Shown here: positions 26,390 through 36,980 of the stretch, one piece after another
How positions within the stretch are numbered: position 1 is the stretch's first letter
Layout of the letters: each line of letters opens with the position of its first letter
NCBI GenBank assembly: GCA_051362555.1
Contig: CM120640.1
Location: forward strand, 54,414,788 to 54,478,787
Source: Lingula anatina
Taxonomy: Eukaryota > Animalia > Brachiopoda
Reading direction: 5' to 3'
DNA: 64,000 nt
Translations under genes and position numbers: made by a program
The notes under the pieces: model-generated
Database searches by the model: none
What the model was told of the DNA's origin: nothing
Seen by the model: the letters and a program-made list of their open reading frames with translations, nothing else

Positions 26390-28031
26390 TTTGGTCTTAA
26401 CATTGAGACCAGCTTTCGGGAGATGTATCGTTTTTTTAAACAGACGTGACAGAAATGGTTTTAGTCTAACCGTGACCTTGATATTGACCTTTGACCTACT
26501 TTTCATGATGAACTGCACTTTGCAAATTTTCCGGCCCTTATATCTCCAAAACTGGCAGAGATATGCCCGTGATTACAATTGAACTTGAATAGGAACTCAT
26601 ATATATATATGAACAGTCTTCCTGTGACTTTAAATTTGACCTTTTACCTACTTTTTACCATGAACTGAACTTTGCAAAATTTTCGACCCATATATCTCCA
26701 AAACTGGTAGAGATACGCCCATAGTTACTATTTAACTGGTCTTTTCATTACACACAGAAACGGAAAGGCTGGATAAGCATTGTTTATTTTATTGTATCAA
26801 CAGTGCGGCACTGGCGGTACACATGGTTTAAGTCTAACTGTGACCTTGACACTGACATTTGACCTACTTTTCATGATGAACTGCACTATGCAAATTTTTC
26901 GGCCCTTATATCTCCAAAACTGGCATAGATATGCCCGTAATTACAACTGAACTTGAATAGGAACTCATATATGAACAGTCTTCCTGTGACTTTGAATTTG
27001 ACCTTTGACCTACTTCTTACCATGAACTGAACTTTGCAAAATTTCCGACCCATGTATCTCCAAAGTAGAGATACGCCCATAGTTACCATTTAACTGGTCT
27101 TTTCATTACTCACAGAAACTGAAAGGTTGGATAAACATTATTTTATTGTATCAACAGTGCGGCACAAACGGTATACATGGTTTTAGTCTAACTGTGACTT
27201 TCAAACTGACATTTGACCTACTTTTCATGATGAACTGCACTATGCATATTTTCCGGCCCTTATATCTCCAAAACTGGCAGAAATATGTCCATAATTACAA
27301 TTGAATTTGAATAGGAACTCATATATGGACAGTCTTCCTGTGACCTTGAATTTGACCATTGACCTATTTTTACCATGAACTAAACTTTCCGGCCCATATA
27401 TCTCCAAAACTGGTAGTAGTCACATAATAGCAATCTTACTGTAGCCTTAAATTTCATCTTTGATCTACTTTGCTTCTTGAACTGCACTTTGCAATTTTTT
27501 TGACCTTTGTATCTAGCAAACTGACAGAGATGTGCCCATATTAACTTTTAAACTTGAATAGGAAGTCATATATTGGCAGTGTTACAATGACCTTGAATTT
27601 GACCTTTAATCTTCTTTTCACAACGAATTGCAATTTGCAAATTAAGAGATGCTCATAGTTACTATTAAACTTGAATTGGAAGTCATATATTGGTAATCTT
27701 ACTGTCACCTTGAATATGACCTTTGACCTAGTTTTCACCATGAGTCGCACTTCGCAAATTAAATTTCCAAGCTCTTATATTTTCTGTTGAACTCATAATC
27801 ACAATTTTACTGCAACCTTGGATTTGACCTCACTTTTTCCCCACAATTTTGTTATAAATTGTAATTTTCTACAAATAAAATTTGAGAACTCTTGTTTACC
27901 GTATTTTGTAGAGGTTGTCAAGCACAATACAGGAAGTGGTGACCCTCTTTTTTTTAATTTTCCATACAAATGCGCTTACTCCAGCTGGTGGTAAAATGCA
28001 TGGAGGCATTTTCGCCTCTCTGATCCTCTAG
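26390..28031 (+). mobile_element. Putative non-autonomous Helitron/Helentron-like element carrying the tandem array
   Basis: 3' hairpin GAGGC-ATTTTC-GCCTC (28003-28018) followed by CTAG|TT at 28028-28031; the 5' boundary is a guess (TTTTT then GGTCT..AGACC). Confidence 0.45.
26455..27830. repeat. Higher-order tandem repeat (about 360-bp units made of two related sub-units plus a spacer), degenerating rightwards
   Basis: ATGGTTT(T/A)AGTCTAAC recurs at 26455, 26823 and 27177 (periods 368, 354); sub-unit TGACCTTG..TGACCTTTGACCTACTTTT..ATGAACTG.ACTTTGCAAA..TATCTCCAAAACTGG.AGAGAT..GCCC. Confidence 0.9.
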
Positions 28032-28042
28032 TTCTTTTAAGT

Positions 28043-28107
28043 ATATATGTGCGTGCGTGCACGCGAGTGCGTGCGCGTGAATTTGTGTGTGTGTGTGCGC
28101 GCGCGCA
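28043..28107. repeat. Alternating purine-pyrimidine tract (GTGC)n/(GT)n/(GC)n
   Basis: direct read. Confidence 0.85.
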
Positions 28108-30628
28108 CTGTTAATGTTGAAGTAAGGATACATGCTTCTTTACAATAAAATGACTTTTATCGGGCGCTTTTCCTAACCGAAAGAAAAGAAAATGAAACTG
28201 TAACTCGACTTTGAAGGGGGAAACTTTGAACACGCCTAGTAGACTTACGTACGTATTTGGACAAAGCATCTTTTGTTAGTGGCATGAACTAATCAATAAT
28301 AACACCCTTACACAGAAATGTTACATGTCACACATTATGAGATAAATTAACTCTTACGTGTACCTGTTTTGATGGGAAAGGCGATTGAATAAGCTCGATT
28401 TCCCAGAAAAAAAAAAAGTGGCATCGATATTAAGGTATTCAATCAGAGTTCACGAAGGTGCTACCTAAGAGTAAACACAGTGAATGCAATTTCCATAACT
28501 GAATAGATGACTAGAAGAATATACAAAAAACGTTTTGAGAACTACATGTACAATATCACCAGGTATTGTGTACCCCTGTACTTGGACACCACTCTAAATC
28601 CGTTGTGTATGACATTAAGAATTTATGACTCTTTCCTCTTAACTGAACTTTACTGGCATATGTTTCATATTTCAGATTAACATATCTCAACGACCACCCA
28701 CTGCTATCAATTGAAATGTCACTTGTTATTGCCTCCAATACATGAAAGATTTAACAATGCTATACTCTCGTAACAGACCTGTGACGCACAAAAACAGTAC
28801 ACTTCCGGGGTTTTAACTCTGTTCTCTTACAAAAATGTTCAGCATTCAGTTCAGTTATGTGTCTCTTTTTCTAAACAAGCACATGTTTTGGCCTCTACCA
28901 GAGATACGCCATTTGTTCTGAAATATGGTATTCTAATTCGCGGCCAGAGACACTAGACTCTAAACGATTTCTTGGCTAGGGCAGAGGCCAGTGTGATGAT
29001 TCCTTGAATTGCATTTTGGAGATGGTAAATCTTGTCTTGCTACTCTAGAAATAAAGACCAAATTTGCACAAGATTATCTTTTACCACCAATGCAATTAAC
29101 AGCTACAGAGGCCGGAAGAAGGCCGGCGCCATCATATATGAGCTTGCAAGGTGCATATAATTTTGTTATTGCATTTTTTTTTACTTCTAAAGGCATGTAG
29201 TGAGAGTCATTGAATCAATTATTTTATGTGCGAGTGACAATTCCATGCAGCTGTTCAATGCATTAAGTGTAATTTGTTGAATCACGACAGATCATCTTTC
29301 ATATATTAAAGTTGAAACCTGCTGCGTTTTTTCCATACATACATACATGTAGTGACGACATCTCTTCGAAAAATATCTGTTAATTTCCAAAATCTACGAA
29401 AGTAATGGTTGGTTAATGGATGCAATGTACACAAAAAAAGGGTAGCTTAAAATAGAATAATTAATTTTTGGTACATAACTATAAAACCTACAACCTAATT
29501 GACAACAAAATAATTTGATATTCAAAGCACAGCCATCCAGCGGTCACAATCTCCAGGAGAGAGAGAGCGAGAAGACGTGATTCATCTGCTACCAACGTCA
29601 AGTCCAGGTATAATGTTCACAAAACGCTGTATAATGCACTCACTTTCTCCAGTGCAGAGAAATATACTTTCGTCATTGTTTTAGGTGAACCGATATACAT
29701 TTTTGTTGTTGTGATTGTGATAAAAACAACTTCACTGGTTGCTGTGATGCCCCACTGTCACAATCAGTTGGTCTGTTATAGAAATAAATGATTGTTGTTG
29801 ATCTTTATTTATGTGTTCTAAACCTGCAGACAAATTGCAACGTCACCTTCTCTAATGATATGACATTTGGTATTTAGTTAGATCCATGTTAGGGCCGTGT
29901 CCAAACGGCTTGCGAAACTGGTAAAATGTATGGTGTTCCAACTTTGTCTCTTGATAGACGGAAAGCACATAGGCCTATACAGTTATGGTGACATGTTACA
30001 GCTATGGACTCGTTGGGAAACTGAACACAGCTTCATCAAAGTAGAACTGCCTGAGATTTTCGGAAATCAGATGAGAATTACAGTTATACTGGTATATTCC
30101 TCACATGACAAAATCCAGATTGATTGATTGATGGCTAACGAGGGTAAATTAAAAATAAAAGCAAGGTAATGTGAGAGATAAAAAGCGACAAAGTAAGTAA
30201 ACATTCGCAGTACCATCACAGTACATGGCCAGCTGCATTTTCATGTCTACAGATAATTTTCCTCTGACGTTGAATAAATCATTCACTGGAACTTACATTT
30301 TTTGCCATTTTTTGCCATTCAAATGTGTCGCGAAGTTATTACCAGAGGACATAGTGACAAGGTCTGCGAGTGATAGATTTTAATTTAATTTCTCAAAAGT
30401 ACAGATGTGCTTGCAGTCGAATACATGAAAATACAGCAGTATGCTAACACTCTGACTGTTTAAACGTGACATTAAAAATTTTATTGATTAAGAATTTTTT
30501 TGTATTTTGATATATTTTCAAATCAGATAAAGCGGATCCAGTTGTACTTTAGTTAAACAAAACATGATCATAGAAAATTCAGTCCATTATGACCTGTGTC
30601 ACATTGTGGTAGCCTTGCCATACGTTGT

Positions 30629-31223
30629 CACCCTGAGCTTCAGAGATAACTTGACACTAACCTCTTCACTATAGCCTATCTTCATCGTGTCAAGTTACCT
30701 CTGACGAAAATAGTTTGACCTAGTTTATATAAGCCAATCGAATCCATGTTTCAAAATTTTTCACCAAAGTTTGGTGAAAACGCTGATTGGTTGACCGTCA
30801 ATCGGCAATCCTCGGCTGATTCCGCAAGCTCCATACTAACAACATAGTTATTGTCGAGTGCGGAGACATCCGAGTAGTTCCGAGTGCATAACCGTACACA
30901 AAGAAAGCGTGGGGTATATCGGAATTGCAGTTTGATGCCCTGCATAATTATCTACTGAGGGATGATGTATTTTGCGTGCTGCCCACAGGTTACGGCAAGT
31001 CCCTGATATTCAGCCTTATCTTTGATTGGTCCGGATTTGAACAAAGCGCGCTTTGACTCGTTCGCGTTCATTGGCTAGATCGTTCAATGAGTCATTGAGT
31101 GCGGGCTTTAAATTTGATTGGCGGGCGGCGGAGGCAATCGAATGTGGTCAGAGGTAACTTGACACGATGAAGATAGGCTATAGGGAAGAGGTAAGTGTCA
31201 AGTTATCTCTGAAGCTCAGGGTG
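30629..31223. mobile_element. Non-autonomous DNA transposon with 77-bp TIRs, 8-bp TSD and a RecQ-like helicase fragment (AcademH-like)
   Basis: TIRs 30629-30705 / 31147-31223 (75/77 identical), CA...TG termini, TSD TACGTTGT at 30621-28 and 31224-31; internal frame reads WGISELQFDALHNYLLRDDVFCVLPTGYGKSLIF. Confidence 0.85.
30901..31012 (+). pseudogene. RecQ/SF2 helicase N-terminal fragment (motif 0 and Walker A) inside the transposon
   Basis: KKAWGISELQFDALHNYLLRDDVFCVLPTGYGKSLIF matches the RecQ consensus Q..AI.....G.DVF..LPTG.GKSL; in-frame stop upstream at 30889 and shortly downstream. Confidence 0.8.
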
Positions 31224-31322
31224 TACGTTGTGCACATCGCAGGTAAATTACAAATAAAAGGGAAAGTTTTGTTCAGTAATACTATGTAGACCATACACGT
31301 ATTGTAGTTACGCAAGTTTGCT

Positions 31323-31325
<3 letters not shown>

Positions 31326-31353
<28 letters not shown>
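31326..31353. repeat. (GT)n microsatellite
   Basis: direct read. Confidence 0.95.
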
Positions 31354-31356
<3 letters not shown>

Positions 31357-34300
31357 CGTACGCTCGTACGTGTTCCGGGACACAAGGGCAAAATAGATGT
31401 TGTTGACAGTGTTGCCCATGGATTTTTCCACTTTCTAATATGTATTGCGCTGTCGCAGTGGACCGACCATATCTTAATTCAGCATGTAGAAACTACAGAT
31501 GTTATTTCAGAATGAGGGAAATCGGAAACAACTACGTGTGTATTTCTACTGGCAACAGCAATATGGGAAGTAAACAAGAAATGATATGGAAATGATGTTC
31601 GACATGGTTGCCTCTATAGCAGAAATGCTCTCAATCGGACAGTTATTATTACATCCTAGGAAAAGATACAAGTAAAAAAATACGGCGTCTCAGCTAGGGC
31701 CTATTCCCTTCAAATACGGATGGCAACCAATATATTGTCGCACCGAAACAATAAAACAAATCCACTCTACTCTATAATATAAATATACACTATTAAATCC
31801 CTAATGAAACTTCTCAAATCCTAGCTTACCAGCTTGCTTTAGTTCCGGCGTCAGACTTTCCTGTTTGTCAAGGTAGCAACACATGCCTAGCGTCACTTTT
31901 CCAAGAAAGTGACGCATGTCCGGCGAAATGGATTTTTACCTTGGAAATTCGTCTTCCTGCTTTTCAGACAAGCCAGACTTGTGTAATCAAAGAATTAAAA
32001 ATATTATCAATTTCATTATTCCGAGAAACAACCTCAAATTTGAAAAAAAAAAAAACACATATGGCATGTTGCTTGCACGTCTAAAATTGTTTTAGTCTTT
32101 GTAGATAAAACTTGAAAGGTATATGCTCTTATTCTACACATAAAAGTCTTCAGATACAAATTATGTGAAATGATAACAGATTTCAAAGATGAATGATATT
32201 TGTGAATGGCAAACAAACAAATCAGTTACCGGACACGGTGAGCAACTCACATGGGAAGTAATTAATAATCCAACGCTGCTAATAAGGTTGGCCAACAGTG
32301 CAAATGATGTAGGCCTACGACAATTAAAATTTATTTAACTCTTATTGTTGACTTTAAAAAATTCTCTGTAGGCTATCATGATAAATACGCATCTGAGATA
32401 AATCTCGTTTCCTTTCAAGAGCGAAGATACGTGGTGACCCAAAACTTTTATCAGTTCATACGGGAACCTAAAATGTAAACTGTCAACATAAAAAAGAAAA
32501 GCAGACGAAAAAGAAACTAGAAATGTGTTCATAAGACACTGATGCCCCATGCACCACATTTGCACCGCTTCAGAGCCCCTAAAGAATATATTTCTTCAGT
32601 GGCAAACAACCGATCGCAAAAAAGGGGGATTTGATGTAAAGATGTAATAATCAGCTGCAAATAGTGACCCCTTTAACAATAGCGATGCAGTTAGACGGAA
32701 AGAATAGGAACAAAGATCTGTGCCTCGTAACAGAACTAAGGCACGTAGACGGTTGTTGATGTGATTGAGACTATAATTTTTTGTAAAATTAATAAATAAT
32801 TCATTGGGAGTAAATGAATAAATAAAACAGTTTTCGACGTAACATGTACGTAACATTTCGACGTAACATAAACATTTATATTCGATACTGTCTCGATAAT
32901 TAATCTACTAAGCTAAGCTGTATATATACATTCTGTTGTTTTCATTGTCGTATATGAGGAAAGGAATAGAACCATAACCGTTTGACCAATACGCGTCTTT
33001 CTTGTCTCTCCAATAGAGGGCGTGAGTAGTTGCGATTCGCCCTTGAGCCTCTGACGATTGACACTGAACGAACAAGATATTCTCCAGATGATTTAATTTT
33101 CTTTTACTTTATTTTGATTATTTTTACCATATATGATTTATTAGAAATATAACATTATATATTTCCAGACACGTGTGAAGAGGAGACAAAATAACCTTTG
33201 AGATATTATTGCAAACAGTAGCCATACTTGGTGCCCTTTTTGAAAGACATGAAGAGCTTTTTAGTTCTGGTTGACCATGGTTGACTTGTGATACCCTTTT
33301 AAAGGGTTGATGGGTTTATAACCAAAGATGTCAAGTGTAATCTTTTCTGTGCAACTTATACCTCTTAATGACACAATTTTCTAGGTGTTACGAATTTTGA
33401 ACAGAGAATGAGCATTTTTAAATCCCTCGAGTTCAAGTTCTAGAAGTCTATATGCTTTTGATACTTTTTTCTTTTCATAGCGACTGATATTTGATTAAGA
33501 ACATTCTATATCATAAATAATAATAATAATAATTATTATTATTTGGATTAATGAAAGGACTTAAAAAACTTAACATAATTACATGTAACATTTTTTAGAG
33601 AGAATAGAGTTTGTCAATCTCTTTTAAAAATGGTTCCACAATGCCTAACTAACTTAAACGTAATAACATATGGTTGTGATGATTCACAAAATTTTTCTAT
33701 ATACATTACGCACATGCATATATGATATATAATAAGCATGCAATGATAAGAATAACACCGCCGACATTATCTCTCGCTGTGAACTAAAACGGCAGTTATG
33801 CAGAGAGAAGCGCATATCTCACATCTGTAAGAAGACAAGTCTGGCGGTTTAATTACCTAACTTTATCCAACTGAGCCAGCATGCCTGTAAACGACCTATA
33901 TAATTCCGAATGTACAAGACAATGACAAGATGGTGTTTCAATATGGCTGCCCTGCGTAACATCATAGTTCGGAAAAAATCTAAAATAAAATAAAATCGAA
34001 GATTGAATATACTGTATATGCAAATGAGCATACAAAATAATGCACCCAGAAATGGCCCACAATGTATTCTCCAAAAATTAAAGCACTCCAGAGTTGGCGA
34101 GATGATCTGTTGAAATATTGATTCAAAGTATGTGCTCAGATGAACACAAGGTGTTCCCACCAACTACCCTTAAATATCAGAAGCTGTACTCCTTGTAGAG
34201 GGTCCAAAATTACCAATCAACTTATTATTTCTTTGCAAACGAGAAAAAATTATCGTATTGTATTTATGCATATATAGGCATATTTTTTATTTTTGAAATA

Positions 34301-34490
34301 TTTTGAAAATCTTTTTGAATAATTATAATGTACAATCCAACTGCTTTTAGGTGCGAGAAATAAAAGACCATAATGAACTTGTATCAAATGGGTTCCAGTA
34401 ATCCACATCACACGATTGCAAGTAGTTCCAATATAAAAACAAAGCATAAATAACAGAAATACAGGATATATGTGTGATAAAACATAAATG

Positions 34491-34492
34491 AA

Positions 34493-34527
<35 letters not shown>

Positions 34528-34529
34528 AT
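34491..34529. repeat. (TAAA)n microsatellite
   Basis: direct read; similar tracts at about 5065, 49848 and 62885. Confidence 0.9.
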
Positions 34530-36947
34530 GAGACATTTTAATGTCTTAAAAGACATGAATTTACTACATATACTATGATTGTCTCCATCATTTTAAATCA
34601 ATTTTGACTTCTAAAGTATGTTATCTATATGTAGATATTCTGAGAAGTACACTGCCGGACAAAAGACTGCATACACTGGTTCTACAGAAATATCAGAACA
34701 AATCCCAATATGATATTTTATTTTGAGAATATCCAACAACACCACCATCGACAATGTTGTCTGAAAGAAAGAAATCTAGGTGGCGAGCTGTTTCTTTATC
34801 AAGAACAAAACGGATTTTTCAAGCCGCCACGGCTGAAAGTGGCTCATCTTAATACGGGTGTCCGGTTTCCTATGTGCGCCGAGGGCAACAGGAGACGGCA
34901 GACTTTACAATACGTACACGTCACTCGTCACTCTAAGCCAGTTTGGAAAATAATCTATTTGTCGCGTATTTTGTGAGAGTTACTTTTTTGTATCAACCCC
35001 GACTGTAACGCCCGCTGTCAGCGGAACAGGGGATTATAGAAATCGACAATAGTGTCAACAGATCGTTATTATGTAGTTGTGCACAGCACTGCAACACCGC
35101 CACTCACCGTATACCTGCGTAGAAAATTATCTAATGAGCGCAAGACCGTCATTTTCTACTGTGATTTCATTAAATCCTTATTAAGTTGTCAACTAGGATT
35201 GACAAGGGTTTCCATATAATGGCATAAATGGAATATTCCACGGAAGCCTCCTTCCATAACACACGCTGTTTGACGAGAGTGTTGGCAGGTCAGAAGAGTA
35301 TCTAGACAAACACTTCCTTTCTCACTCTCTGTTTAGGTTAGACAGTTAGCAAATCTGCGAAAAAAATAATGATAAAATTATCGCAAAAGGAAAGAATAAT
35401 GACGATAGGAATTACCGTATATTGTTTTCTATAACGCAAGTAATTATCGGGTCTTATTATAAATAAATACATGACGTTTTTATACATGTGTGAATTATCA
35501 CAAATTAATAATACATTACGACATTTTCATGTAAAAGTGGTTCCTGTATGGTAAAAATTCATTCTCCTCACTCAGTATTTCCAGTTTATATGATTTTAAT
35601 ATTCACAATATCTAATAAAGAAATTTTATATTATGTATACTATATTTCTCACTTGTTTTTTTCTGTGTACATGTTTGTTTTATTTTATGTTTGAGCAAAA
35701 TGCCATGATAATATCATGAAAGAAGTACCTTAAACTTATTCATTAGGTTTATGCACTTCGGTTTTTTTTCCTTCTTGCGTGCCGCTTTGTTAGACACAAA
35801 ATCAAAACGGAAATTTCAGCATCTAGAATCCATGAATAAGAGGTACACCCCGGAGTTAATTTCCACTTGAGCTCGTTGCTTAAAAGCAGCAAAAGTAATG
35901 AAAGTGAACGTCGCACAGAATTGCAGCTGTTATTCCTACACTATTTTCACAATATTTGAATACATCTTCAATGTGGTTTCTCGCACGCTACTCTGTTTTC
36001 CAACAGAGTTTAGTCTTAATTGATGTATTTAAAGGTTGTGAAGGAAACGTTTCGAAAAGCGTCTATACATTTGAAACGTAATCAGGCGCCTGGAAGGGAT
36101 ATGGAAATGCAACTGACGGGTTTTCTCTCGACCCGTCTTAAGGTTGTGCCCAGTCGAGCAGAAGAGATGATGTGATTTAGTAACGACTGGCTTAATGTAT
36201 AAATCTGTTATCTAATTCCGATTTTGTGCACATTCCGATTTGGCGCACATTGCTACCTCAGATCCGTGAGGTTGCAATTTTTCGTTTTGGTATGGATGTA
36301 TAAATAAGTACAAAGATTGACATTATCTAACGCGTATTTGCAAACCAAATGATATTCTTAACAGATACGATTAAGGACTATTAAAAAATTCATAGAAAAC
36401 TTTAGATGAAGATTAATTATGTAAGAAAAGCACGTGATAATCAGTTTCAAGTCTTGTGGAATGCTTTTGGAAGCTTCGTGAAGCTTTTGTTGTGATTTAT
36501 CAGTTATGCCTAGCTATTCTATATGTATTTTTGTATTTTTGGACTCAATTAAAATGAACGGTAACTTGTCTCGTTCAACTCATACCTCGTTCATTTCTTT
36601 TGTTTGTAAAAACATTTTACACAAATAGCGCGCACCTCTTATAATAAAGACATTGTACAGTACAACTGTCACTGTTACATGTATTTTTTTCAGCAATGTA
36701 CTTATGATAGTGTTCATTGGTTCTAGCACATTTTACAAAGGTTATAGCTTAATAATATACATGCATTACAACCTTGACATATGCTAATCTACAATAAATG
36801 TAAGAAGTATATATGTACTTGTTTAGATTTTATTGGAATATACGGGTAACTTTGTGGCAGTCAGCAGCTCTCCGTGTCTTTCTCTGAAACATTTTTCTAC
36901 AAACTAGCGAGTGCCCATGTAGTTTGCCTATTATAGTTAACTATTAT

Positions 36948-36948
36948 C

Positions 36949-36972
<24 letters not shown>
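36948..36972. repeat. (CA)n microsatellite
   Basis: direct read. Confidence 0.9.

Positions 36973-36980
<8 letters not shown>

Noticed and set aside
26391-27750. Short ORFs within the tandem array; also considered a CRISPR-like array
   Set aside because: Eukaryotic context; the units are long tandem duplicates without unique spacers, and the ORFs are repeat by-products.
33241-33251. TGAAAGACATG (miR-71-like 5' end) and TGAGTATTACA near 39838 (miR-12-like)
   Set aside because: Only about 11-nt matches; the 3' halves diverge and there is no precursor hairpin.
33848-34173. Possible TTAA-flanked (Kolobok-like) repeat with ATATGGCTGCC and ATGCAAAT motifs
   Set aside because: No convincing TIR pair could be aligned by eye.
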